Virus record (IMG/VR): IMGVR_UViG_3300037517_002510
Span: 1 to 50,317 of that record
Reading direction: 5' to 3' (one strand)
Source: a virus
Lineage: Duplodnaviria > Caudoviricetes
Length of the DNA stretch: 50,317 bases
Numbering within the stretch: the first letter of the stretch is position 1; each line of letters begins with the position of its first letter. Shown piece by piece: positions 9,368-19,071 of the stretch. Made by a program: the position numbers and the translations under genes. A model generated the notes under the pieces. The model saw only the letters and a program-made list of their open reading frames with translations. It searched no databases and was not told the DNA's origin.

Positions 9368-9629
9368 GAGGCTCCAAGTTTGTTGTCGTCGGCTTCTTCG
9401 GGGCCGACTGCTCCGTGATGTTCGTCAGCTCGTCGATGAACCCACGGGCTCCGCTCCGCCGGCAGTTGGCATTCCAGCCCGCCTGCGGGTTGTCGGAGCC
9501 CGGAAGGGTCCAGCAAAACTGGTTGAACGCCGCCAGTAATGCCGCCTTCATGTCAGGGTCGTCAAGCAGTTGCCTTACTCTGTCGGTCTTTTGCTTGTCG
9601 GCAAGGAATTGCGTCTTGGGTGATAGCAT
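9360..9629 (-). CDS. Hypothetical protein (portal-scaffold intervening)
   Basis: 89-aa helical ORF at the usual position between portal and scaffold. Confidence 0.65.
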   Translation of the reverse strand: MLSPKTQFLADKQKTDRVRQLLDDPDMKAALLAAFNQFCWTLPGSDNPQAGWNANCRRSGARGFIDELTNITEQSAPKKPTTTNLEPHV

Positions 9630-9642
9630 GGTGGTTTTTCGG

Positions 9643-11940
9643 TTATTCCTCCGACTCCGGCTGCGGTGTTACCGCGGTCCGCCGCATGTCCGCGGCGGTC
9701 TTGAGGTCGAGGGAAGCGATGTCGGCCCGGGTCTGCGCGCCCTTGCGCTGCGCGTCGCCAAGCAGGGAGGCGTCCTTGCGCTGTTGTTCCTGCTGGAAGG
9801 CGATTTCTTTCTGCATGCGCTTCTGCTCGGCGTTGGCCGCGGCGATTTCCGCCTTGGACTGCGCGGTGATAATCATGGCCTGAATCTTCGCCTGCGCCTC
9901 CGGGGTGAGCCCGCCTTCCTGACCGGCCTGCTGCTGGCTTTGCGCCATCTCGGCGGCCTGCTGGAAGAACGCCTTCAGCACGTTGGCGATCTGGGTCAGC
10001 GCGTCGCGGAACATCCGCAGGTTCTCCTGCTGTCCCGGGTCTTCCTGAATCAGCATCATCTGCTGCTCAATGTGCTGCATGACGTTTTGCAGCCCGAACA
10101 GCCGGCGAGGCTCGGCGGCTCCACCCATCTGCTCAATGGATTGCACGTCGGAGTTGAGGAGTTGAATCAGGGTGGAGATGTATTCCGGACGGTTGATGGC
10201 AGATGATAGCACGACGGGCTTGCCGTCGATCAGCGTGCCCCAAGCAAGGGTCGCCTTCTCCACCGCCGGGGAAACGGTCCGGCCGGCAACCGGGGCCAGC
10301 TTGTTCGCCAGCAACGGGTCGTCGGTGTTCGCCTCCACATACATGTGGACGACCTCGGCTTGGGCGTCCGGCGTAAGCAGCGGGCGGACTGCCATCAGCC
10401 GGTCGGCCTGCGCGATCTCCAGCATCTTGTTGCCGACGCCCATGACGCGCTCGGGCATGATGTCCCACGCCTCGGAATCGGTGAGCACGGATTCGTCCAC
10501 GCCGTCCGCCATGCAGAGCTGCCGAAACTTGATGCAGTCGGGATGGTTCAGGGTGGCGAAGCGCCGGCAGATTTCCCGGTATTGGAACGTCTGCTGCGCG
10601 TAAGCCTTCGTCAGCATGGAACCCATGAGGGCGTTGCTGCTGTTGACGCGGGCCATGACCTCGGTGGCCGTCAGCTCCTTCGACGTGCCATCATTCACGT
10701 CGGACTGGTAAGAGGCGGATGATTCGGCCATGAGCTGCCGGTGCATGGACATCGCCCCGTTGAGGAGGTTGAAGTCCAAGACGTGACGTTCCGACTGCGG
10801 CACCCACGACAGGCCGTCTGGAATGACGCCCATGTGGAACAGGTCCACCTTCTCCAGCCGTTCGGCGTCCCCTTCCGAGGTTGCCCGAAACATCCACATC
10901 ATCTGCTCAAACACGGAGTCCGTAAACTTGCACCGGAGCCGGTTTTGCAGGTGGCAGACCGAATAAAGCAGGTAGCCGAGGGAACGCACCGAATGCCAGC
11001 GGAACGGGGGCACCACGGCACCGTCGGCGAACTGCGTGTGCATGAGGTGCGCCACGTCCTTGCCGTAGCAGCGGTCCTTCGGGTCGAACAGGAACTGCCC
11101 CGCCGTGTTCATGTTCCCGAACCCAGTGTTATACTGGTCAACCACGATGCGGCGGCGCCACGACGGGCAGTCGCCGGAGGTGTCGAGGAAGTAGAAGTCG
11201 TAGCACCGCAGCACGGGCACGGCGTCACTGCCCCAATAGCCGGCGTTTTCCTTGAAATCCTCCTCCACCTTCTCCGGGAAATACTGCCCCGCCCAATCCT
11301 GCGATTGCTGCTGGATGGCGTCCACCTTGGTCAGGTGGGCTAAGATTTGGTTTACCAGCGGCATGTTCCACCCGTCATCCACGGCGGTCCCACGGGTCAT
11401 CCGAATCAACTCCGCCGCGGTGAACGACGTGTAGATGGCAAAGTGACTGAGGTTTTCCAGTGATGTCAGCGTGTTCGTCGGAATCAGCATGTCTTCGATG
11501 CCGCGGGCGGTCGGGCACCAGTCCTTGTCCCGGAGCCACGTCACCGGCCCGATGCCGTGCAGCACCGTGCCGGCAAGCTGAGATTCCAGCGCGTAGCCAT
11601 ACTTGGAACTGCGCTTCAGGATTCGGTTGAGGTTGCTGGTAATGATGTTGCCCCACGCCGAACGCTTGAACCGCGGCCCCGCCTCAAGGTTTACGGCAAA
11701 GTAGTTCTGCGACTTCAGGAAGGCGTTGGTGAACTGCTGCCGCGCCGAGTGCATGATGCGCGTCCCCTCAAGGAAGTTCACGTTCGTCTCAATGCGGTTG
11801 TCGCGGGCCTCCTCGTCGGTGAACGGCGGGTTGCCGTTGAAGACGGAGTTGATTCGGCTGCGGTTCCGGGAGCGCGGCTGCTCTGCTTGCAGCATCGAAT
11901 CGACCACGTTCCAGACTTTCGAGGCGTCTTTGAAGGACAT
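9643..11940 (-). CDS. Portal protein
   Basis: 765 aa, KELTATEV motif, Gln-rich coiled-coil barrel C-terminus as in P22-like portals. Confidence 0.8.
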   Translation of the reverse strand: MSFKDASKVWNVVDSMLQAEQPRSRNRSRINSVFNGNPPFTDEEARDNRIETNVNFLEGTRIMHSARQQFTNAFLKSQNYFAVNLEAGPRFKRSAWGNIITSNLNRILKRSSKYGYALESQLAGTVLHGIGPVTWLRDKDWCPTARGIEDMLIPTNTLTSLENLSHFAIYTSFTAAELIRMTRGTAVDDGWNMPLVNQILAHLTKVDAIQQQSQDWAGQYFPEKVEEDFKENAGYWGSDAVPVLRCYDFYFLDTSGDCPSWRRRIVVDQYNTGFGNMNTAGQFLFDPKDRCYGKDVAHLMHTQFADGAVVPPFRWHSVRSLGYLLYSVCHLQNRLRCKFTDSVFEQMMWMFRATSEGDAERLEKVDLFHMGVIPDGLSWVPQSERHVLDFNLLNGAMSMHRQLMAESSASYQSDVNDGTSKELTATEVMARVNSSNALMGSMLTKAYAQQTFQYREICRRFATLNHPDCIKFRQLCMADGVDESVLTDSEAWDIMPERVMGVGNKMLEIAQADRLMAVRPLLTPDAQAEVVHMYVEANTDDPLLANKLAPVAGRTVSPAVEKATLAWGTLIDGKPVVLSSAINRPEYISTLIQLLNSDVQSIEQMGGAAEPRRLFGLQNVMQHIEQQMMLIQEDPGQQENLRMFRDALTQIANVLKAFFQQAAEMAQSQQQAGQEGGLTPEAQAKIQAMIITAQSKAEIAAANAEQKRMQKEIAFQQEQQRKDASLLGDAQRKGAQTRADIASLDLKTAADMRRTAVTPQPESEE

Positions 11941-12064
11941 GAGCTGGGTATGTTACAAAGCTGGGGTTTTGGCCACAACAGAATGGGTCATGGCTTCCAA
12001 TTCGGAAACCGCTAACGCGATGCGCTACGATGGTTCCGCCCAGCGTGTTTTGCTTCATGGTTAC

Positions 12065-12655
12065 TTACCGTGTCGCAATCGCAAAATTTCCAACAAGCTT
12101 CTCGACAGTCCAGCCACAGGCGTCGGCGGCTTGGATGGAGTTCCCGTATTGAGGCAACCAGTCATCCATAAGGACGGTTTTGATTCCAAGTGTTTCGCAA
12201 AGCCTCAAGTCTCGCGAGGTTGCTTCCAATGAATGATCACCGTCCACGTAGGCCGCATCAAATTGAATCCCGGTTGCTACAAGCAGCGGATGCGCGACGG
12301 CTGAATCACTAATGATGAGCCGTAGCGAATCGGGGCCGTATTTCTGGATGATTTTTTGCTCACCGGAGCGGACACCTTTTGTGTCATACAACTCGACGCT
12401 CACTACTTTTTTTGCTCCGAGTGACAGCATGAGTGCCGCACTTGTGCCGGCGTTAAATCCAATTTCAAGGATGGTTGGAGTCGGTTTCAAATCCCGCATA
12501 AACTCAATGAATGCGGGGCAGCAATGCGGTCCACTGCCAAACACGGCCGGACCGGCAAAGCAGTCAATTCCGTTGATGGCGGCTTCATACATTGCTTTGT
12601 ATTGTTCAGCATGGCGAACGTGATGCTTGTCGATGAGTTGGAATAAGTCAGACAT
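12065..12655 (-). CDS. Class I SAM-dependent methyltransferase (Methyltransf_24-like)
   Basis: ILEIGFNAGTSA...FDAAYVDGDHS...LMDD motifs; start chosen at MSDLFQ. Confidence 0.8.
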   Translation of the reverse strand: MSDLFQLIDKHHVRHAEQYKAMYEAAINGIDCFAGPAVFGSGPHCCPAFIEFMRDLKPTPTILEIGFNAGTSAALMLSLGAKKVVSVELYDTKGVRSGEQKIIQKYGPDSLRLIISDSAVAHPLLVATGIQFDAAYVDGDHSLEATSRDLRLCETLGIKTVLMDDWLPQYGNSIQAADACGWTVEKLVGNFAIATR

Positions 12656-12671
12656 ACGGTTTTCTATTTTG

Positions 12672-14360
12672 TTATTGTGTCCCCGCAAAGTTGGTTCCGA
12701 GTTTACCCAAAGGATTCCCGCTGAAGAAAGCGCCCCACTTCCGGCGAAGGATTGCATGGGAAGCTGCCAGCATCTTGTTTTTTTCAGTGGTGGTGGACTG
12801 GCTTTCCTCGTGGATTCCCGTGGCCTGCGGGTTGTAGACCACCTTCCAGCCGGCACGACGAAGCTTCATGCACAGGTCAACGTCCTCCGAGTAGCAGTCG
12901 TATTCCTCGTCGAATCCGCCGACTTGGAAGAACGCGGACCGCCGGACCAGTGCGGCGGCGAACGTGACGCACTCCATTTCCGTTTGGACCCGGATGCTTT
13001 GGATGACCTTCTGATGGTCGATGTGACCGTATCCCGCAGTTCCACGGAACATCCCGGCGTGCTGAATCTTGCCATCAGGATACCGCAGCAACGCGCCCAC
13101 CACCGCCACGTCGGCGTTGTTCTTCAACACCGCCTTCATGGACGCCACGGCGATTCCGTCCAAGTAGCAATCATCGTTCAGGAACAGCAGGTATTCGCCA
13201 TAGGTGCGGCGGACGGCCCGCTGGCAGTTCTTCCCGTAGCCAAGACGGGTTCCGGGACACGGAATGGTCCTCACGTCCGAGCCCGATGGAATCTTCACCG
13301 GAACGCAGTCGCCATCCAGCGCAACCACCGTCTCGTAGACTTGATGCCTCACGGCTTCCAAGCACCGATGCAGCCTCGGCGTGTCCTTGTAGACCGGAAT
13401 GATGGCGGACACCAAGCCGTTCGTCAGCGTGTCCAGCTTGGTCGCAGCCGCCGAAAGGATGGCCGATGGATTCACCCACTGGCACGGCGGGGCCGACTTC
13501 ATGCCCGGGATGACGCAGGCGAACTCGTTGCACGGGGAGCATTTCACGTCCGGCGGCACCCTGAGGTAATCCGTCTGGTCGTTGAGCCGCCGGTCGATGG
13601 CGATGGATTGCTCCAAGACCACGATGGGTTTCCCCAGCGCGGCGGCAACGTGCATCGGTCCGGTGTCCGGCGTGATGACCAAGTCACAGCATGCTATCAC
13701 GGCGCAGAACTCACGGAACGTCCTTGCCCAGTCCGTCACCATGACGTTGCCAACCGCCCCGTCGATTGCAATGGCGTCAGGGATGCCCACGAACACCGAA
13801 CCCGGCAGCGCCCGAATGACATCCATGAACGCGCATTCATGCAGCGTCCGGCTTGGCCATGCGACGGAGCGTCGAACAAACACGGTCCAAGGCCGCGGCA
13901 TCTTTGCCATGCGGCTGACGGCCGCGGAAATCTCCTCCTTGGTCAGGACCATGTGCGGCCGGAGGTTGATGGCCTTCTCGGGAATCCCGTGCCTCCGCAG
14001 CTCCAGCGCGGCGGCATCGAAGAACATTTCCCCGACGGACTTTCGCTTCCGGTTCAGGTTTTTCTCGTAGGTGTTGTCGAGGTTCACCGCCGGCATCACC
14101 TCGTCCGTGACGACGTTCATGAACGGGAGGTTGTCCAGAGCCGGGGCGCATGAAATCGACGTGTCGAAGCGGACGGTGAGCCCGAAGTCGGCGAACCGCT
14201 TGGCGAGCGGCGTTGCCATCAGCACGTCGCCAAAGGCTGCCTTGCGCCGGATGGTGACGAGGCTGGACGACTTCGGCGCGGAAAGCTGCGCCATGAGGCG
14301 GCGCGCTTCGCCGGGGGTGCGGACACCCCGCTTGGTCAGGATGCTAGGATGGACTGGCAT
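12672..14360 (-). CDS. Fused GT9 (heptosyltransferase-like) and GT2 glycosyltransferase
   Basis: N-terminal AFGDVLMATP and PDTGPMHVAAALGKP; C-terminal SAIIPVY, LFLNDD, GGFDEEY..YSEDVDLC. Confidence 0.9.
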   Translation of the reverse strand: MPVHPSILTKRGVRTPGEARRLMAQLSAPKSSSLVTIRRKAAFGDVLMATPLAKRFADFGLTVRFDTSISCAPALDNLPFMNVVTDEVMPAVNLDNTYEKNLNRKRKSVGEMFFDAAALELRRHGIPEKAINLRPHMVLTKEEISAAVSRMAKMPRPWTVFVRRSVAWPSRTLHECAFMDVIRALPGSVFVGIPDAIAIDGAVGNVMVTDWARTFREFCAVIACCDLVITPDTGPMHVAAALGKPIVVLEQSIAIDRRLNDQTDYLRVPPDVKCSPCNEFACVIPGMKSAPPCQWVNPSAILSAAATKLDTLTNGLVSAIIPVYKDTPRLHRCLEAVRHQVYETVVALDGDCVPVKIPSGSDVRTIPCPGTRLGYGKNCQRAVRRTYGEYLLFLNDDCYLDGIAVASMKAVLKNNADVAVVGALLRYPDGKIQHAGMFRGTAGYGHIDHQKVIQSIRVQTEMECVTFAAALVRRSAFFQVGGFDEEYDCYSEDVDLCMKLRRAGWKVVYNPQATGIHEESQSTTTEKNKMLAASHAILRRKWGAFFSGNPLGKLGTNFAGTQ

Positions 14361-14712
14361 GTGCTTTTGATTCCTTCGCCACCCAGCAATGTTCCGGCAT
14401 CCCCTTGGCGCTCAGGTGCTCCAGCGGAATCCAAATTTTCAGCGGCAGGTGGCAGTTGCAAACGTCGCAGGTCTTCAGCGCGGACTCGCCGGGCAGGATT
14501 GCTCCGATGGCATGCCGCACCCGTTCCGAGTCGCGGATGACCTTCCCGATGGCGCGCTCCACCGTCTTCTTGTCGATGTTGTGCGGGCAGGTGAAGCAGG
14601 TGGTCATGCGCGCCGCGGCAGTGTCGTGATCGGCCGGCTTCCCGCCCGCACCCAGCCATGCGGACAGGGCGCGGACAGCCTTGGCGTCGGTGGCTATGCG
14701 GGAGAGGTTCAT
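14344..14712 (-). CDS. Cys-rich (zinc-binding-like) hypothetical protein
   Basis: CFTCPHN...CDVCNC...CW; ATGA-coupled to the upstream ORF. Confidence 0.7.
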   Translation of the reverse strand: MNLSRIATDAKAVRALSAWLGAGGKPADHDTAAARMTTCFTCPHNIDKKTVERAIGKVIRDSERVRHAIGAILPGESALKTCDVCNCHLPLKIWIPLEHLSAKGMPEHCWVAKESKAHASPS

Positions 14713-14993
14713 CGGCCACAGAACCCGCATTGTTTCACGGCAGAAGATGATCGGACCACGGCAGGTTTCGGCGCGTTCAGGCCAAGCCTTGCCGCGGTAA
14801 ACTCCACGAGGTCGTTGGCCACCGTTTCCGGACCCGACCTAGCTGCCAGCACGGGGTTCGCCATGCGATGCTTCACGATCATGCTCACCGCCGAACTGAA
14901 GCTGTGGTTCAGCGGTGATGGCAGGCTCCACCCGGTTTCAGGCTGGTAGTATTGCCAGCCGCCGGTCGGAGTTTTGGTCAGGTTGAGTCTCAT
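14709..14993 (-). CDS. Hypothetical protein
   Basis: MRLNLTKTPTGGWQYYQPETGW...CGFCGR; starts 1 nt after the ssb stop. Confidence 0.65.
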   Translation of the reverse strand: MRLNLTKTPTGGWQYYQPETGWSLPSPLNHSFSSAVSMIVKHRMANPVLAARSGPETVANDLVEFTAARLGLNAPKPAVVRSSSAVKQCGFCGR

Positions 14994-14994
14994 G

Positions 14995-15435
14995 TCAGAA
15001 CGGAACGTCATCCCCCTCCCCGTCAAGGTCGCCGGCCGTCTTGTTCGCTGCCGGAGGCGAGGAGTCGCGCTTCGGTGCCGGCGATTCATGCGAGGAGTTT
15101 TTCCCGGTATCGCCGCAGAACTGGAAGCTCTCAACAACAATTCGCGTCGCGCTGCGTTTGGCGCCCGTCTGCTTGTCATCCCATTCCTCGCGGGTCAGTC
15201 GGCCCTCAACCAGAATCGGGCTGCCCTTCCGAAAGAACTTGTTGATGGTTTCGGCGGCGGTCCCGAACGCCTTGCACTCGGCGAAGTAAACGTCCTCCCG
15301 CTGCTCGCCGGATTCGGTCTTCCATTTCCGGTTGTTGGCGATGGACAGGTTGAGGACGGCCGTTCCCTTCGGCAGGTATTTCAGCTCAGGGTCGCGGGTG
15401 ATGTTGCCTTGGATGAAGACTTTGTTAAGGGGCAT
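14995..15435 (-). CDS. ssb: Single-stranded DNA-binding protein
   Basis: LNKVFIQGNITRDPELKY OB-fold start and acidic DDVPF tail. Confidence 0.95.
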   Translation of the reverse strand: MPLNKVFIQGNITRDPELKYLPKGTAVLNLSIANNRKWKTESGEQREDVYFAECKAFGTAAETINKFFRKGSPILVEGRLTREEWDDKQTGAKRSATRIVVESFQFCGDTGKNSSHESPAPKRDSSPPAANKTAGDLDGEGDDVPF

Positions 15436-17194
15436 AGGTGAGTTGGTGTTCTTTCAGAAGTTTCGTGTGCTTGTCAGACATACGTGTAAGCCACTGTGAT
15501 GTCTTGCGCTTTACAATACCGGGCGACGAACCGGCTGCAATCTCAAATCCGTTCCGGCGGGCGATTTCGATGGCGACCACCAGCGAGTCCCACAAGTCGG
15601 GCGAACGACCCATGCGGTCCTTGGTCTTTTCCTTGGGCTCCACGTCGATGAGCCCGGTGCGGGAGATGCCCCACTCGCGCATGGCGCCCTCCTCCGCCAC
15701 GTCCCGCGGCAACTTGCGGAGCTGCTTGCCCTCAATGATGAGGCGGGACGCATACCAGAGCGCGGTGACCATCTTGCCGTAGGCTTCCCGCTCCGTCTTC
15801 TCGTCACCCCTGCGGACCGGCCGTTCCATCGGCCTGCCGCCGAACTCGATGGGGACCACTACCGGGGACCACAGGCGGGCGAAGGCGGACATGAGCGTGC
15901 CGCGGCCGGTGGAGTCGAAGCCAACCCGCTCCGGCGTGATGGACCGCTGCTCGCAATACAGCCGGACGTATTCGGCAATCTGCTCCTCCGCCTGTTGGGC
16001 GCGGGCAGCGGTGATCGGGATGATTGTCGGCGACTCCGAGAATGATAGCAGGATGCTTCCGTCCCGTGCCGGCCCGAACGTCAGGTCGGTGAGCACGCAG
16101 CGGTCACCGCCCACGCCGGAGTAGGCGGCGTCGATTCCCACCACCCGCGTCAGCTTGTCGGACTGGTGCCAGACTGGTTCATCGAAGGCGCCGTTCTGCT
16201 CGCACAGAGACACCGTGACCACCCGGCGCGTCCCGCCGTCCCGCGGAAGGACACCCAAGTTCATCATGGAGAATTGCAGCGAGTCCCGCCCGTAGTAGGC
16301 CAAGTCCGCCTCAATCTGCTCCGGCGTGATGATTCCGCGGAACGGGTTCAGACCCTTCGGATAGTCCTTGTTTGGGGTGTCGAAGCCGCAGAGCTGGACC
16401 GCCACCCCTCCCGGCGCCCGGGTTTTCCACGTCCGCGTCTCCTCCTTGTATTCCAGCCCCTCCCACCCGCCAATGGACGGATGCGGCTCACAGACAACAC
16501 CGAGGGCGTCGGTCCGGTCCTTCGGGTTCCCCATCGCTATCATCTTGAACGATGGATTCTTCCGGAGGTTGGACACGGAGTCCAAGAACCCACGTCCCAT
16601 CAGCGATGCCTCGTCAGCTATCAGCATGACCCGGTCGTTTTTCAGGCCGACGTAGTTGGAAAGGCCGACGAAGGTTCCGCCGACACGGCACGCCACGCCA
16701 ATGATGCCATCACGGAAGTCCCATCCTTCCCCCTCGGCGACCTCGGTGGTCAGGGCGAACTTCGATTCATGGACCTTTCCCGGCAGCCAAGCCCGCCGCT
16801 CCTTTGCCTTGGAATGCAGCTCCTTGATGGCACCCCAGATGCGGAGCTGGAGGCCGTCCCGGGTAGTCGATGACATCACGATGCTGGTGCCCTTCGGCCA
16901 AATGTAATACGTGGCCAGCCCGAACGCGGCGGAACAGAACGTCTTCCCGGAGCTACCCGGACCCATGACGCCGACCTCGTTGTTCTCCACGAAGGTCTTA
17001 ATCAGGAGGTCGGACCAGTGGTGCCACTTGAACCAAGGCCAGAGCGCGGTCATCGCCTGTTTGTAATGGTAGGCCAGCCCGGAACCGTGCCGGACACCGC
17101 CGACTTCCTTGTATCCGCCAGCCTTGATCATCGCCGCCTCAATGAGAAAACGGTCCTTGGTGCTCCACGGCAGCGACAGATACTCCTGATTCAT
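15425..17194 (-). CDS. terL: Terminase large subunit
   Basis: Walker A GPGSSGKT, Walker B LIADEA, coupling motif MGNP, nuclease GIDAA...D...SPDLWDS. Confidence 0.9.
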   Translation of the reverse strand: MNQEYLSLPWSTKDRFLIEAAMIKAGGYKEVGGVRHGSGLAYHYKQAMTALWPWFKWHHWSDLLIKTFVENNEVGVMGPGSSGKTFCSAAFGLATYYIWPKGTSIVMSSTTRDGLQLRIWGAIKELHSKAKERRAWLPGKVHESKFALTTEVAEGEGWDFRDGIIGVACRVGGTFVGLSNYVGLKNDRVMLIADEASLMGRGFLDSVSNLRKNPSFKMIAMGNPKDRTDALGVVCEPHPSIGGWEGLEYKEETRTWKTRAPGGVAVQLCGFDTPNKDYPKGLNPFRGIITPEQIEADLAYYGRDSLQFSMMNLGVLPRDGGTRRVVTVSLCEQNGAFDEPVWHQSDKLTRVVGIDAAYSGVGGDRCVLTDLTFGPARDGSILLSFSESPTIIPITAARAQQAEEQIAEYVRLYCEQRSITPERVGFDSTGRGTLMSAFARLWSPVVVPIEFGGRPMERPVRRGDEKTEREAYGKMVTALWYASRLIIEGKQLRKLPRDVAEEGAMREWGISRTGLIDVEPKEKTKDRMGRSPDLWDSLVVAIEIARRNGFEIAAGSSPGIVKRKTSQWLTRMSDKHTKLLKEHQLTYAP

Positions 17195-17238
17195 TGCTTG
17201 CGTGCCGGTAACACGGGGGGTTGGATTCGGCAAGATTC

Positions 17239-19068
17239 ATGGCAGTCAAAGACGCGAGACTGGTTGACGGGTTCATCACCTGCGAGGCTGGGGTGGACAG
17301 CGGTTTTTCGCCGCTGCTTCTCCAGCCGAATCAACTCTCGTGGGCGGTCAATGCCAGCATGCGGGCGGGGTTCCTGAACTGCCGGCCCGGCTGGTGGAAG
17401 CGGGCGCTGAAGTTCCCGGCGCCGGATACCGGCGGCATCGAAGCCCTGTTCGCCTCTGGCCTGTGGCAGGGGTGCGGAACCTACGTGGCCGACAACGGCG
17501 TGACCTCGTTGGCCGTCAGCATCTCCGGGCGAATCTTCCTCATCAACGCGCAGTCGTTCGTGGTGACCGAGATTACCATTCCCGGGAACGTGAACTCCGA
17601 GGTGGAGCGGCGGGCGTGGTTCCAGCAGGCGGAGCGGTATCTGATCGTCCAGAACGGGCTCAACATTCCGTTCCTTTACGACGGTGCCAACAGCCGGCGG
17701 GCAACCGCGGACGAGGTTCCCATCGGCGGACCGATGGCCTACGGCAAGGGCAGGCTCTGGGTGGCGCGGGGGTCGGTTTACTTCGGTGGCGACCTTGTCT
17801 GGTCGGACATCACCCTCGGCCGCGACTCCATCATCAAGTTCACCGAGAACACGTTCCTCAATGAAGGTGGCGCGTTTGCCGTCCAGAACGGCCCGATTAC
17901 CGGCATGGCGTTTGCCGCCAACCTCGACACATCGCTGGGTGACGGTGACCTCTTGGTGTTCACCGCCAGTGCAACCTATGCCTTTTCGGCCCCGATTGAC
18001 CGGGACGTGTGGAAAGACCTTCAATATCCCATCCAGCGGTTTGCACTCCTGAACTTCGGGTCGCACAACCACGAATCCATCGTGCCGGTGAACGGCGACC
18101 TGTTCTTCCGGGCGCAGGATGGCATCCGGTCGATGATCTACGCCCGGCGTGATTTCACGGAATGGGGCAACACCCCCATTTCCCGGCAGATGGCCCGCGC
18201 CCTTCAATACGACAGCTCGCCGCTGCTCTGGGCGGGCAGCTCAGTCAACTTCGACAACCGCTTCCTGACGACCTTGCAACCGCAGCAGGTCAACGGCCGC
18301 GGCGTTTATCACCGCGGGCTGGCGGTGCTCGACTTCCACCTCGTCTCCGGCATGGGGGCAAAGCTGGCGCCGGCATGGGAAGGTGTGTGGACCGGCTGCA
18401 AAATCATGCAGACGTGCTCCACCATCGTCTCCGGCCAGACCAAGGCGTTCCTGTGGACGCTGGAACCGGGCGGGGAGTTCGGGCTTTACGAGGTCACCAA
18501 GGATGCGCCGTTCGACTATGATGGCACGTCGGACCGGACAACCTCGTGGATTGCCGAGTCCCGCGGGTTCACCTTTGGCGACGCGAACGGGAAGAAGCGG
18601 CTGAACGGGGCCGAACTCTGGTATGACCAGATGCTCGGGGAATGCACCCTCTCGTTGCGCTACCGGTCCAACCAGTCCGCGTGCTGGTCGCCGTGGGGCT
18701 ACTTCGCGGACTGCGCCACCTACCGCTCCTGCGAGGGTTATCCGTGCCACGAAATCACCTACTACAAACCGGCTCAACGTGCCCGCGTCGGGTTCCCGCA
18801 GCCCAACGATGACATCGACCCGCAGACCGGGGGCTTCACGCGGGACGGGTATGACGTGCAGGTTCGCATCGAAGCCACGGGCCGGTTCCGGCTGAAGCGT
18901 TTGCTGCTAGCATCCAAGGTGCTTCAGGAAGACACGTTCGGCGACATCGCCAACGTGCAGTGTGCGCCCACGTCCGGGGCAACTTGCCAAGTCGGCTGCC
19001 TTGCGCTGGAATGCCCGGGTGTCTGCTCGGAGCCGCCAGACTACGACTACCAAATTTCAACCTCCTAA
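17239..19068 (+). CDS. Tail tubular/nozzle (DNA stabilization-like) protein
   Basis: ~609 aa, beta-propeller-like aromatic repeats, first gene of the tail operon. Confidence 0.65.
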   Translation: MAVKDARLVDGFITCEAGVDSGFSPLLLQPNQLSWAVNASMRAGFLNCRPGWWKRALKFPAPDTGGIEALFASGLWQGCGTYVADNGVTSLAVSISGRIFLINAQSFVVTEITIPGNVNSEVERRAWFQQAERYLIVQNGLNIPFLYDGANSRRATADEVPIGGPMAYGKGRLWVARGSVYFGGDLVWSDITLGRDSIIKFTENTFLNEGGAFAVQNGPITGMAFAANLDTSLGDGDLLVFTASATYAFSAPIDRDVWKDLQYPIQRFALLNFGSHNHESIVPVNGDLFFRAQDGIRSMIYARRDFTEWGNTPISRQMARALQYDSSPLLWAGSSVNFDNRFLTTLQPQQVNGRGVYHRGLAVLDFHLVSGMGAKLAPAWEGVWTGCKIMQTCSTIVSGQTKAFLWTLEPGGEFGLYEVTKDAPFDYDGTSDRTTSWIAESRGFTFGDANGKKRLNGAELWYDQMLGECTLSLRYRSNQSACWSPWGYFADCATYRSCEGYPCHEITYYKPAQRARVGFPQPNDDIDPQTGGFTRDGYDVQVRIEATGRFRLKRLLLASKVLQEDTFGDIANVQCAPTSGATCQVGCLALECPGVCSEPPDYDYQISTS

Positions 19069-19071
19069 ACC

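Noticed and set aside
12627-14153. 508-aa plus-strand ORF
   Set aside because: Antisense shadow of the glycosyltransferase in GC-rich DNA, with no motifs.
14344-14993. Frameshifted pseudogene
   Set aside because: The two ORFs meet in a clean ATGA overlap, consistent with two coupled genes. A split ancestral gene cannot be shown without homologues.
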